Position numbers and translations under genes: made by a program
Origin: an uncultured bacterium
GTDB taxonomy: Bacteria; Fidelibacterota; Marinisomatia; Marinisomatales; UBA1611
Assembly: GCA_965660855.1 (NCBI GenBank)
Contig: CBFIBM010000009.1
Span: 1 to 64,000 of the forward strand
Reading direction: 5' to 3'
DNA length: 64,000 nt
Shown here: positions 29,659 to 40,066 of the stretch, in pieces
Layout of the letters: each line of letters opens with the position of its first letter
How positions within the stretch are numbered: position 1 is the stretch's first letter
Notes under the pieces: generated by a model
What the model was told of the DNA's origin: nothing
Seen by the model: only the letters and a program-made list of their open reading frames with translations
Database searches by the model: none

Positions 29659-30585
29659 ATGAAAAATTTAGCTATTGAAATCAAAGGTTTAACTAAATCT
29701 TATAAAAGCGTTGATGCTTTAAAGGGTGTTGATATAGAAATCAAAGAGGGTGAATTCTTTGGATTACTCGGCCCAAATGGAGCTGGTAAAACAACTACAA
29801 TAAATATTTTAACTGGCCTCGTTTTTCGAGATCTTGGAATAACAAATATTTTTGGAAAAGATACAGTTAAACATTTCCGATTCACTAGAGCAAAAGTTGG
29901 AATTGCTGCACAAGAAATCTCTGTTGATTGGTTTTTTTCAGTTGAAAAACTTTTATTTTTTCATGCAGGGTATTATGGTATATCAAAAGATAAAGCTCGC
30001 CCTAGGATTGAATCCCTTTTAGAGAGACTTGGCCTTGAAAAAAAAAGAAAATCAAAATTAAGACAACTATCTGGAGGTATGAAGCGTCGCTTCCAAATTG
30101 CAAAAGCTTTAGTACATGATCCAGATATTTTGATACTTGATGAACCTACTGCTGGTGTTGACGTGGAGTTGCGTAGAGACCTTTGGGATTATTTAAAAGA
30201 ATTACACTCATCAGGTAAAACCATTTTACTTACAACGCATTATATTGAAGAAGCTGAACTCTTATGCGAAAACATAGCAATTATAGATCAAGGAAAAATT
30301 TTAAAAAAAGGAACACCAAAAGATCTTACCAAAGAGTACGGATCTGCTGTCATATCTATCAGTTCTTTAAACATTAAAAACAGCATTAAGTCTTTTGTAA
30401 CCAATTACAAATATATCATGGATGATAATCAAATTAATTTCTCTGTAAAAGATCCTGAACTAGCATTGCCTGAAATAATACAATCCTTAACTACTTCTGG
30501 TATTCAAATACAAAAGATAGAAACTAATAAATCTTCATTGGAAGATGTTTTTTTAGACTTAACTGGTAAGAGGTTAAATAAATGA
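29659..30585 (+). CDS. ABC-2 transporter ATP-binding subunit (YadG-like)
   Basis: GPNGAGKT, LSGGMKRR, LDEPTAGVDVELRR. Confidence 0.92.
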   Translation: MKNLAIEIKGLTKSYKSVDALKGVDIEIKEGEFFGLLGPNGAGKTTTINILTGLVFRDLGITNIFGKDTVKHFRFTRAKVGIAAQEISVDWFFSVEKLLFFHAGYYGISKDKARPRIESLLERLGLEKKRKSKLRQLSGGMKRRFQIAKALVHDPDILILDEPTAGVDVELRRDLWDYLKELHSSGKTILLTTHYIEEAELLCENIAIIDQGKILKKGTPKDLTKEYGSAVISISSLNIKNSIKSFVTNYKYIMDDNQINFSVKDPELALPEIIQSLTTSGIQIQKIETNKSSLEDVFLDLTGKRLNK

Positions 30586-31343
30586 ATTGGATTGGATTAA
30601 AAACATTAATTTTTAGAGAGGTAGGTAGATTTTTCTCAGTCTATAGACAAACAGTTTTACCTGGTCTAATTACCTCAGCTTTGTATATAGCAATATTTGG
30701 ATTTACGTTAGAGCAACGAATTTCAGAAATTCAAGGTGTTCCTTATACATTATTTATACTACCAGGACTAATTATGATGAATACTCTAACAAATGCGACT
30801 TCAAATACTTCATCTTCTATTTTACAAATGAAGCTTCTTCAGCAACTACCCGATCTTTTAACAGCTCCCTTATCTGGTATTGAAATTTCGCTTGCATATA
30901 TTATTGGCGGAGCAATTCGAGGACTTGTGAATGGAGTTTTAGTTTTAGTTTTAGGGGTTTTTGTAGTTGGTATGCCTGTTTATGATCCATTAGCAACTAT
31001 ATTGTTTATTTTTCTGGTTTCATGGGCATTTTCAAGTATGGGGTTGCTTCTTGGTCAAATAGCTGAAAGTTGGGATCAACTAGCCATGATGCAAAATTTT
31101 TTTCTGACTCCATTGAGTTTTCTTGGAGGTATTTTTTATTCAATAAACATGCTGCCTGAGTGGGCGCAAACTCTTAGTTTTATTAACCCTATTTATTATA
31201 TGATTAATGGTATAAGATATACAATATTGGGTATTAGCGATTCTTCTGTTTATGTTAGTTTTATTATGGCTGTATTTCTAACATTAGTTTTTACAATCGC
31301 TGCTGTATCATTGATGGAAAGTGGTAAAAAAATTAAGTATTGA
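30582..31343 (+). CDS. ABC-2 transporter permease (YadH-like)
   Basis: Six TM helices; LTPLSFLGGIFYSINMLP and NPIYYMINGIRY. Confidence 0.9.
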   Translation: MNWIGLKTLIFREVGRFFSVYRQTVLPGLITSALYIAIFGFTLEQRISEIQGVPYTLFILPGLIMMNTLTNATSNTSSSILQMKLLQQLPDLLTAPLSGIEISLAYIIGGAIRGLVNGVLVLVLGVFVVGMPVYDPLATILFIFLVSWAFSSMGLLLGQIAESWDQLAMMQNFFLTPLSFLGGIFYSINMLPEWAQTLSFINPIYYMINGIRYTILGISDSSVYVSFIMAVFLTLVFTIAAVSLMESGKKIKY

Positions 31344-32050
31344 AAAGAAATCTTTATTTTTACTTTTTTTTATCTATTGCTTTATGTCATGATCCTGAAG
31401 CAGAATCACTTAAATGGAAACAATACTATAGAATTGGATTAGTCCAATCAAATACATTTGATTCAGGTTTAAAAGGCTTCGGTCGTTTAAAAAGAACAAC
31501 AGTAAAAACATTTAAAGACCTAAGATTTTATATTCATAGTTATGACAAAGAAACTGAGATAAGGACAAGATATAAATCAAGTCGTAGGCTTATGAAGTAT
31601 GACGACATCTATTTTTTTAATACTATAATATATGAAAAAAATACACTAACTAACGATAATCTTCGATACCTTTATAATCAAGGTGTTGGTTATTTTATTA
31701 GTAATATAAATAATTATAATTTAACTTTTGAATTAGGTCCAGCATTTGATAATTCTGATTATTTAAACAGTCAAATTCGAACTACATTCTTAAAAAACAG
31801 CTTTTCTTTTGACGTTTTTTTAAGAAACGTTAAGGGCAAATTAGAAGTTGATTACTTCAATCAAATAAATAAAAAGATTAATAATAAAGCATTACATAGA
31901 TTACAAATACTTGGAGAGTTCAGATTATCAATAAATAGTTTATTTGATGTAATAATTGGAAATTTTCAAGAATATCAAAATAAAAAAATTATGAATAACT
32001 CTATTTCAATAGCTTTTTCTTTTTCAAGGCAAATCAATTGGAATCTCTAA
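31340..32050 (+). CDS. Probable outer-membrane beta-barrel protein (DUF481-like)
   Basis: TTG start, signal peptide, alternating aromatic strands, YLYNQGVGYF. Confidence 0.45.
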   Translation: MKRNLYFYFFLSIALCHDPEAESLKWKQYYRIGLVQSNTFDSGLKGFGRLKRTTVKTFKDLRFYIHSYDKETEIRTRYKSSRRLMKYDDIYFFNTIIYEKNTLTNDNLRYLYNQGVGYFISNINNYNLTFELGPAFDNSDYLNSQIRTTFLKNSFSFDVFLRNVKGKLEVDYFNQINKKINNKALHRLQILGEFRLSINSLFDVIIGNFQEYQNKKIMNNSISIAFSFSRQINWNL

Positions 32051-33528
32051 TGAATAGACTTGTTTTTCTTAATTTAATTATACCTTATTTTATCTTTTCA
32101 AATCAAACCACTCTTCTTGACCCTAGCTTGACTTTAGAGAAAAAAAAACTAGCAATTTTGCCATCCCAAAACAAAAATTATCAAGATATTACAGAAAAGT
32201 TATTATCTATTATCTCCTCACAAGCAGCTTCAATTGGAAAATTTGAAGTCATTGATAGAAGTATAATAAATGATATTTTAAAAGAACAGCAATTCCAATT
32301 ATCTGGATCGGTAATAGAAAAAGATATTGTGAAAGTTGGTGCCCTTGCAGCAGCAGAAGAAGCTTTAATTGTAGATATTATTCATTTTGGACAAAAAGGG
32401 ATTCCACTAAAAACTGATGATGCAAAAAAAACAAAGCAAGAAGATAATTATAATGAGACACTCTTTTCATGGTTAGTTAAGACATCAATTAAAACTGCAA
32501 TTGAAGAAAATAGTAAACCCGACACTCTCCAAATTGGCCTGCAACTTCGCAACAATATACAAACTTCTATTGAAGCAAATATAAAATTTATCAATATAGA
32601 AGATGGAACTTTATTAAAGTCTATTCCTTTATCTGCTTCTTATACTGGAGGGAATAAAGATGCTTCTCTAATTAAGGTTTTGGAGAACTTAAATTTACAA
32701 GTGAGGTGGAAATTAAAAAATCTTTACATGATAAATAGTGAAATAATTGAAGTTAATAAGTATAATATTACTATGATGTCCGGAAATAATTTAGGTTTAA
32801 AAGATGGAACCATTTTTGAAATAAGTTCAATAGATAAAATAAAAACATATAAGGGACGAACGGTTACAATTCCCGGGAAATCTAAAGCTTTAGTTAAAAT
32901 TACTGATGTTGGTTCTGATGCCAGTACAGGAAAAATTATTAGAAAATGGAAGAGTATTCGTCCTGGAGATAAGGCTTATGAATTAAATAATTATCCAAAA
33001 ATTACTGCATTGAATCTCTCTTTTTTAAACAATAAAAAATATGAAATTTCTGGTAAACTTATCTTAAATAGTTTTAAAGATATTTCTCCAAGCATAAATG
33101 GTTATTTAGGTTCTATAATTGATTCTAGAAATGAAATGAATGGATATTTAGGATTTGGAGCAGATCTAAATTATGATATTTTTTCAATATTTGGGACTAA
33201 ATACTCAACTTCATTAAGAATACCCGCTTTATTTGCATTTAGAAGCGATGATAAAGGTCATAATGTTGGTTCTTTTTTTTCAGATCCATCAATTAGTTTT
33301 GACTGGAGAATCCAAGTATCTCCATATAAGGATTTAGTTTTTTCTATTAATTATACACTTACACATGTTCATGGTCCTTGGCAGTGGCAAAAAGATACGG
33401 GTGAATTAAATGAAGAAGGGAAAAGTATTACTCAAACTGAGCCAGCAGTATGGAATATAAACTCTGAGCCGGATGTCCAACCTCCGGATTTTTATTTTTC
33501 TATAGGTCTAATAAATATTATTTTTTGA
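32050..33528 (+). CDS. CsgG/HfaB-like exported protein with FlgT-C-like domain and C-terminal beta-rich region
   Basis: LAILP...KFEVIDRSIINDILKEQQFQLSG, SGNNLGLKDGTIFEI, C-terminal Phe; ATG at 32050 overlaps the upstream TAA. Confidence 0.6.
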   Translation: MNRLVFLNLIIPYFIFSNQTTLLDPSLTLEKKKLAILPSQNKNYQDITEKLLSIISSQAASIGKFEVIDRSIINDILKEQQFQLSGSVIEKDIVKVGALAAAEEALIVDIIHFGQKGIPLKTDDAKKTKQEDNYNETLFSWLVKTSIKTAIEENSKPDTLQIGLQLRNNIQTSIEANIKFINIEDGTLLKSIPLSASYTGGNKDASLIKVLENLNLQVRWKLKNLYMINSEIIEVNKYNITMMSGNNLGLKDGTIFEISSIDKIKTYKGRTVTIPGKSKALVKITDVGSDASTGKIIRKWKSIRPGDKAYELNNYPKITALNLSFLNNKKYEISGKLILNSFKDISPSINGYLGSIIDSRNEMNGYLGFGADLNYDIFSIFGTKYSTSLRIPALFAFRSDDKGHNVGSFFSDPSISFDWRIQVSPYKDLVFSINYTLTHVHGPWQWQKDTGELNEEGKSITQTEPAVWNINSEPDVQPPDFYFSIGLINIIF

Positions 33529-33532
33529 AAAA

Positions 33533-36472
33533 TTAAAATGGATTAATAAGTGTTAGCTGAAAATAAGATTTTGGCACCACCTCATTATTCCAATCTTTTA
33601 TCGATTGGGCCCATCCATAGCTAAATGTAAAAATTGGAAGACTTGCCAATGACATAAAAATTCTGAATTCTGCTCCAGCTTGGATTATAAACTCTTCTCT
33701 TTCAACTCCTTTAGACCAGGCATCTCCAAAATCAGATATTAGAGCAACCGTTGGTTTCCCAACACTTATAAACTTAAAAAAATCAAGAATATTTATTGGT
33801 AAAATTGGAGCTCTCAATTCTAAAGTCCCAAGGTAGGCCATTTCACCAAGCCTTGATGGCTTGTTAAAACCCCTTGGCGACATATATTCACGACCAGGAG
33901 TAATTGATCCCATAATATAAAAATTAGGAATATCAAAAATTCCTAATTTTTCTTGATTTGGAGGGAGACCACTTATTGCTTCAAACCGGTTTCTCGAGAA
34001 TAATGAAAATGGGCCAACTTTTTTATTAAGATAAAAATCTAACTTGACTTTGGTATAATCAAAATTACCAAATAATTGTTGGGTTGTTTTTTTTATATTA
34101 GCACGAAAGCCATATCCCTGATTTGGGTTAAATGAATTTCTTACATGTGATCTTTTGCTAACAAAATTGTACCCTAAATTAATACTTCCTTCTTTTCCAG
34201 ATTCAGGGTCCTTGAAAGGGTTTTTGTTTTTATTATTTGGGGTTAATTCTATTTTTCTATCTATTATTTGAAGAGAATAGGTTAATAAATGATTCTTAGT
34301 CAACGATTTACCAAAATTATAAGGTGACTTTATCCAGATTGAGAATCCATTAAAGGCTTCTAAAATTGTTTCTTCATTATTATATAATTGAAAATTAAAA
34401 TTAGCATTTCTATAAAAATCAAACCCCCAGAAACTTTTTAATGGAATTCCTGTAGCATTTTGATACTGAAAAAAAACAGTTGTATATTTGTTATAATCGC
34501 TGCCTAAAAGAGTTGAAAACGTATGCCTCCCCAATACATCTGAGTATACACTATTATATAGGATACTTCCTACATCCGGAATAATTACTGTACCTAAGTG
34601 TCTTAAATTATTTTTGAAAGAATAATCTGAACTGCTCAATATTTTGACCGGTTTCTTAAAGTCTATCTTTTCTATTTTTTCTTCAGGTTTTTTTTCAATC
34701 CAAGAAGAAAATCTTTTATTCATTGTTGTATTTCTCTTATTCGCAACCCTATTGGGATCAACAGAAAGAATTTTTGAACTACTATATGTATTAAGAGTAA
34801 TCGCCGATAAAGATTTATCCTTTTCGTTATATTGAATTGCCCAAGCTATATCTCCAATATCTGTATTTTGAATTAATTTATTAGTATTTACATCATATGT
34901 AAAAACATTAGGAGTTAATTCATACATACTTGTGAATGAAATTTTTCCACCATTTTCAATCCAAATAGGATTAAAATCTGCTTCTTTTGATTCTGTTACT
35001 CTAACAATTTCTTTTAGTTCTAAATCTAAAATATAAATATCCATCCAACCATCAGAATTAGATTTTGAAAATGCAATTAGATCACCATTTGGACTCCATG
35101 ATGGTGTGATTATTTGGATATCACCAGAGAAATTTGTTAATTGTCTTATATCTGAACCATCATTTTTCATTAAAAATAATTGGGAATTTGAATTTTTATG
35201 AGACACAAATAACACATCTTTACCATCTGGAGAAAATTTTGGATAATTAGCTCTCATAGAATGTGTTAAAAATATTATTTCATTAGTTTTTAATTCATAC
35301 TTACAAATATCAAGCAATAAGCTTTGGTTCTCACCATAATGATATTTTGGATAAATAATCGTTTCATTATCTGGAGAAATATCTAAGTTTTGAATCAATT
35401 CTCCAAACCTTCCGCTATCTAATTCTTTTAATTTCCATCTAGGCTTTGGTCTTTTAGCTTTTTCTTTCTGGTTTTTATTTTTATTTAATTTTTTTTGCCT
35501 TTTTGTAAAAATTTTATTCTCTTTGGTAGTATCTCTTGTAGCTAAAATTATTGAATTGTCTCTTTGACCCTTAGAAATTTTTCCGATAATTGCCATTTGT
35601 AGTGTATCCGAGAAATAATCAAAAAATTGAACTGTTTTCCCAGGAATGACTTTCTCAATACCTATGTCTGAGATTGCTTCTTTTTGTGATCTATTACCAA
35701 AATAGTATGTATTCATGAGAAGTCGCCAGTCCTCATTAAATTGTTTTAACTTAATACCTGTATATTTTTTAAAAGAATCTTCAAAATTTAAAAGTCCAAA
35801 TTTATTTCTATGCTTAAGTATTTTAGTTATTGTTGAATCACCAAACCTATCTGCTAAATATAGAGTTTTAGAAAAACCATCATTATGAGGATCTCTGATT
35901 TTATGTACCGTGTTTTTATACACATGCCCTTTATGAGATATATCAAATCTAAAAGGTCTCCATTTTTCAGTGTAATACTCTGCTAAACCTTCGCTTACCC
36001 ATGGGGGTATATTTGCATAAAGAATATCCATTGGCCTTGGGATCCATTCAGGTCCTTTTATGGTATTAAAAAAAACAAGATGTTGAAGCTCATGTGCTAG
36101 TACTGTTCTCAACCACTTTTCATCGCCTGTCCACAGCGCTGCATCATTCTGATCTACCCATATTATTGTATAGTTTGCAGGGACTGCAAAGCCATTCAAA
36201 ATTTCATCTTCTTCAGTAAATGCTATAGATAACCTTGGAAGGTCATCTATATCCATTTGCTTCATTAAATTTGGTCTTATTTGTTCAGCAATAGTTGCTC
36301 CTTGAAAAGCAATTTTTTCAATTTTATCATAATAATGTATATCAAAATTTTCAGTTTTAATTGATTTCCATTTAATTTCTCCATGAGTTCTTTGGTTCAT
36401 CATCCAAGACCCTGTTGCAAAAACAAATGAAATATTTAATAAATAAAAAGTTATTACTTTTAAATAATTCAT
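33533..36472 (-). CDS. Outer-membrane protein: zinc metallopeptidase + TolB-like (PD40) propeller + Omp85-like barrel
   Basis: AHELQH (HExxH) with WVSEGLAEY; PD40 repeats PKFSPDGK and PSWSPNGD; SPRGF and ELRAP barrel motifs; C-terminal PF. Confidence 0.75.
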   Translation of the reverse strand: MNYLKVITFYLLNISFVFATGSWMMNQRTHGEIKWKSIKTENFDIHYYDKIEKIAFQGATIAEQIRPNLMKQMDIDDLPRLSIAFTEEDEILNGFAVPANYTIIWVDQNDAALWTGDEKWLRTVLAHELQHLVFFNTIKGPEWIPRPMDILYANIPPWVSEGLAEYYTEKWRPFRFDISHKGHVYKNTVHKIRDPHNDGFSKTLYLADRFGDSTITKILKHRNKFGLLNFEDSFKKYTGIKLKQFNEDWRLLMNTYYFGNRSQKEAISDIGIEKVIPGKTVQFFDYFSDTLQMAIIGKISKGQRDNSIILATRDTTKENKIFTKRQKKLNKNKNQKEKAKRPKPRWKLKELDSGRFGELIQNLDISPDNETIIYPKYHYGENQSLLLDICKYELKTNEIIFLTHSMRANYPKFSPDGKDVLFVSHKNSNSQLFLMKNDGSDIRQLTNFSGDIQIITPSWSPNGDLIAFSKSNSDGWMDIYILDLELKEIVRVTESKEADFNPIWIENGGKISFTSMYELTPNVFTYDVNTNKLIQNTDIGDIAWAIQYNEKDKSLSAITLNTYSSSKILSVDPNRVANKRNTTMNKRFSSWIEKKPEEKIEKIDFKKPVKILSSSDYSFKNNLRHLGTVIIPDVGSILYNSVYSDVLGRHTFSTLLGSDYNKYTTVFFQYQNATGIPLKSFWGFDFYRNANFNFQLYNNEETILEAFNGFSIWIKSPYNFGKSLTKNHLLTYSLQIIDRKIELTPNNKNKNPFKDPESGKEGSINLGYNFVSKRSHVRNSFNPNQGYGFRANIKKTTQQLFGNFDYTKVKLDFYLNKKVGPFSLFSRNRFEAISGLPPNQEKLGIFDIPNFYIMGSITPGREYMSPRGFNKPSRLGEMAYLGTLELRAPILPINILDFFKFISVGKPTVALISDFGDAWSKGVEREEFIIQAGAEFRIFMSLASLPIFTFSYGWAQSIKDWNNEVVPKSYFQLTLINPF

Positions 36473-37101
36473 AAACCTTTCAGTTTAAGATTTTTTAAAT
36501 CTGATTTTAATTTTGAATAAGATCTGTATTGTAAAGAATTCATTCCAAAATCTATTGCTGCCTGTACGTTTTCTATTAAATCATCTATAAATAGAGATTG
36601 CTCAGGAGTTGTTGAAGCTTTTTCTAAGGCAACTTTATATATATTACTATCTGGTTTACGTTCGCCAACCTCAAATGAATATATTTCTCCATCTGATAGA
36701 GTTGGGAAAATATATTTCTTTTTAATCTCATCTTCAATGTGTTGTGGATTAGTATTTGATAATAACCAAATTGAATAATATGGTTTTAACAATTTTATTA
36801 ATTCAATTGTTTTTTTTTCCTTACCAAGTAAAAGTTTCCAAGCAGTCCAAAAATCAAATTCGTTTAAAACAGATAACTCTTTCAAAGATTTTTTATAATT
36901 TAAAAACCAATCATTATTTGATATTAAACCTTTTTCATATTGATTATGGACATCATGAGGAAATGCCTCCTGTATTATTTTTTTATTAACCCCAGTGCAT
37001 TTACTAATATGTTCATATGTCTTGTTTGGATGGATATCTATTAAGACACCACCAATATCAAAAAAAACTGTATTGATCATATTATTATGATTTTTTTTCA
37101 C
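36469..37101 (-). CDS. HAD-family phosphatase (YihX-like)
   Basis: FFDIGGVL, LLSNTN, RKPD, LFIDDLIENV. Confidence 0.9.
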   Translation of the reverse strand: MKKNHNNMINTVFFDIGGVLIDIHPNKTYEHISKCTGVNKKIIQEAFPHDVHNQYEKGLISNNDWFLNYKKSLKELSVLNEFDFWTAWKLLLGKEKKTIELIKLLKPYYSIWLLSNTNPQHIEDEIKKKYIFPTLSDGEIYSFEVGERKPDSNIYKVALEKASTTPEQSLFIDDLIENVQAAIDFGMNSLQYRSYSKLKSDLKNLKLKGL

Positions 37102-37822
37102 AGATGTATATCTGCAAACTACTAGACTCGTTCATCTTACTTCCATCATATGAGCCAAGCTTCTCTTTTATTTTTAAACTTGAACTTTCAAATAGAATAT
37201 CCATCTCATGAGGATAATACATTTTTTGCTTAAATGTATACGTCTCTGGTTGTATAATTCCATTAACTTCCAAATTCCAAAATAAAGTGTTGATAGAAGA
37301 ACTTTCCTCAAAAATATTTTTTTCCATTATTCTACATTTAGAGGATTTATAACTAAAATAGTCCGTGGCAGGGTAAAAATTATTTTGATCACGGAACAAA
37401 AAAGATGGATCTGGGATGAAGATTGATAATAAAAATACTCCATTATCCGAAATATGCTTTGAGACACATTCAATTGTCTTATACGCATCTTTAGTTGTAA
37501 GATTATGGAGAAACGAATTAAATCCAATAAAAATAAATTTAAATTTTTTATCTAAATTAAAATTTCTCATATCTCTTAATAAAAAATTAGATTTTTGTTT
37601 GAATTTATTCTTAGCGGTATCTATAAATTCTTTACTAAAGTCAATTCCTGTATAATCTAAGCCTTGATCAATTATTATTTCTGATAACCTTCCTGTTCCA
37701 GAAGCTAATTCCAGAACTGGTCCTCCATTTTTTTGACTGAATTTTGATATAAGTTCAGCATCAAGTGAATAATTTTGATGCATAGAATCATATAAATCAG
37801 GGTATTGATATATATCTAACAA
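37085..37822 (-). CDS. Class I SAM-dependent methyltransferase
   Basis: VLELASGTGR, GIDFS, DMRNF. Confidence 0.88.
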   Translation of the reverse strand: MLDIYQYPDLYDSMHQNYSLDAELISKFSQKNGGPVLELASGTGRLSEIIIDQGLDYTGIDFSKEFIDTAKNKFKQKSNFLLRDMRNFNLDKKFKFIFIGFNSFLHNLTTKDAYKTIECVSKHISDNGVFLLSIFIPDPSFLFRDQNNFYPATDYFSYKSSKCRIMEKNIFEESSSINTLFWNLEVNGIIQPETYTFKQKMYYPHEMDILFESSSLKIKEKLGSYDGSKMNESSSLQIYICEKKS

Positions 37823-37830
37823 TCGTAAAG

Positions 37831-38913
37831 CTAATTAATTACTAATAAGTCTTTAGTTGTCTTATTTAAAATTTCACATCCCTCATCCCCAATAATCACA
37901 TCATCTTCGATGCGTACTCCGCCCCAACCAGCCAGGTATATACCTGGCTCTATCGTCATAACATTGTTTTTTTCCAGAATTTGATTACTTTGGGGACTAA
38001 ATCTTGGAGAAGTATGTATTTCTAATCCTAAACCATGTCCAGTACCATGAGTATAATATTCTCCATAACCCATTTTACTTATATAATCTCTAGTAGCAAA
38101 ATCAACGTCTTTACATGGAACTCCTGATTTTGCTATTTCACATCCTCTCTTTTGAGCTTCTTTTACAATTTCATAAACTTCTTCATGCTTCTCTGACGAT
38201 TTTCTCACAACTGGAGTTCTGGTCATATCTGCATGATAGCCACCATATTTAGCTGCAGCATCAATTACGATAAAATCACCTTCTTTAAATTCTCTATCAG
38301 TTGGTATAGCATGGGGTAATGCTCCGTTTGGCCCTGTTGCTACGATAGGTGAATACGCTTCTCCATCTGCATATTCTCTATATTTTGAAACCATCTTGTT
38401 TGCAACTTCTTTTTCAGTGTATCCTGGCTGAAGCATTGGAAGAATCTCCTCATAAACTTTATCTGTCACTTCAACTGCCGTACGAATACAATCCAATTCA
38501 TGGTTGTCTTTAACTGCAGCTAAATTTTCTAAAATCATCGATGTGTTTTCCCATGATGTATTTGGAAAAGCTTTTAACATATTTTCATATTGATCATAAC
38601 TAACATGACTACCTTCAAAAGCTAATTTTAATCCATTTGGATTTAGTTTATTATCTTTTATTTGTTTAAAATGTGATCCCATAGAAAAATATGGATCAAA
38701 TCCTTTAACTTGATTTTTTGCTTGTTCTATATACCTACCATCAGAAATAAAAAATTGACCATTCGGTGTAACTAAACAAGAGGCAGCAGAACCAGTAAAT
38801 CCACAAATGTATCTAATATTTGTTAAATTTGAAATTAAAATTCCGTCTAAACCTTTTTCTCCCAATACAGATTTAAGCGCATTTTGTCTTTTAATATAGA
38901 TTGATTCATTCAT
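37831..38913 (-). CDS. Xaa-Pro aminopeptidase (M24)
   Basis: NIRYICGFTGS, YHADMTRT, HGTGHGLGLEIH, TIEPGIY, GVRIEDD. Confidence 0.93.
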   Translation of the reverse strand: MNESIYIKRQNALKSVLGEKGLDGILISNLTNIRYICGFTGSAASCLVTPNGQFFISDGRYIEQAKNQVKGFDPYFSMGSHFKQIKDNKLNPNGLKLAFEGSHVSYDQYENMLKAFPNTSWENTSMILENLAAVKDNHELDCIRTAVEVTDKVYEEILPMLQPGYTEKEVANKMVSKYREYADGEAYSPIVATGPNGALPHAIPTDREFKEGDFIVIDAAAKYGGYHADMTRTPVVRKSSEKHEEVYEIVKEAQKRGCEIAKSGVPCKDVDFATRDYISKMGYGEYYTHGTGHGLGLEIHTSPRFSPQSNQILEKNNVMTIEPGIYLAGWGGVRIEDDVIIGDEGCEILNKTTKDLLVIN

Positions 38914-39615
38914 TCATTCATCCTTTTGTAATTTTTTAATTAGAGTTTGTATTGTTTCTCTTTCTAATGAAATAGATTCAAGACTCTCACCTTTATTTTC
39001 AAGAGCATCTAATACATCTAAAGCTTGTTCAAATAAACCTTGATTTTTTAAAACAGATACAAGAGTGAATGTTGCTAATTTTGAGCTTACTTTTAAAGGC
39101 TTGCTTATTTCACTTTCTACTTCTTGGATAGATGTTTTATTTAATTTAGGAATAGAGGGTGTTTTTATGATTTTCTTTTTGATTTTCTTTTTTACAATAT
39201 TTTGTACTTCAGTTGGTTCTTCAACTTTTTTGATGAAACTTTTTGCAATCTCATGATGTGGATCTAATTCTAAAACACGTTTCCATGATTTTAAAAGTCT
39301 GCTAGAAGCACGGCCTAAAACCGTTTGTATTTCACATAACATTTCTGACGCTGCTAAGTGCTTATTTGAATAAGTTAGGACTTGCTCTAATAATTTTTCT
39401 GCTTCTTTATAATCTCCTTCGATGTTATTTATTTTTGCAAGTATAAATAAACCTGCTGAATCATTTTTATGATGCTTTAATCCTATATCACAAACTTTTC
39501 TTGCTCGTTTAAGATCATTTTTATGTAAATACATATCAGCTAATACTGGGAAAAGTACTGTATCAAAGTGATCTGCAAAATATAACTCAAGTTCAATTTG
39601 ATTATTTAAATTCAT
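38914..39615 (-). CDS. TPR-containing hypothetical protein
   Basis: TPR-like helices (LADMYL...ARKVCDIGLK; AEKLLEQVL; WKRVLELDP) and a C-terminal TLVSVLKNQG helix pair. Confidence 0.7.
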   Translation of the reverse strand: MNLNNQIELELYFADHFDTVLFPVLADMYLHKNDLKRARKVCDIGLKHHKNDSAGLFILAKINNIEGDYKEAEKLLEQVLTYSNKHLAASEMLCEIQTVLGRASSRLLKSWKRVLELDPHHEIAKSFIKKVEEPTEVQNIVKKKIKKKIIKTPSIPKLNKTSIQEVESEISKPLKVSSKLATFTLVSVLKNQGLFEQALDVLDALENKGESLESISLERETIQTLIKKLQKDE

Positions 39616-39616
39616 A

Positions 39617-40021
39617 TTAACGCCTGTTTTCGTTAACCCAGTTAGTTATATAGTCTATTGTTTCTTTTACTGGTGTACCTGGACCAAATAATTTACCGAC
39701 TCCCTCTTTTTCTAGCTTATTTATATCTTTTTGAGGTATTATACCTCCTCCAACTAAAAGAACATCATTTAATTTTTTTTCTTTCATTAATTTTAAAACG
39801 TTTTTAAAAATAGTGTTATGAGCATTATTTAAACTTGATAATGCAATTACATCTGCATCTTCTTGTAATGCTGCATGTACAATCATCTCAGGTGTTTGCC
39901 TCAAACCTAAGTAAATAACTTCCATCCCAGCATCACGATAAGATGACGCTAATACTTTTATGCCTCTATCATGACCGTCTAGTCCAGGTTTTCCCATAAC
40001 GATTCTTATTTTACGTTCCAT
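39617..40021 (-). CDS. Cobalamin-binding domain protein (methylmalonyl-CoA mutase small subunit type)
   Basis: KPGLDGHDRG (DxHxxG), GLRQTPE, GGGIIP, FGPGT. Confidence 0.92.
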   Translation of the reverse strand: MERKIRIVMGKPGLDGHDRGIKVLASSYRDAGMEVIYLGLRQTPEMIVHAALQEDADVIALSSLNNAHNTIFKNVLKLMKEKKLNDVLLVGGGIIPQKDINKLEKEGVGKLFGPGTPVKETIDYITNWVNENRR

Positions 40022-40066
40022 AATATTAATAAGTTAGTTGCAAAGTATAAAACTTCATAATCATGT

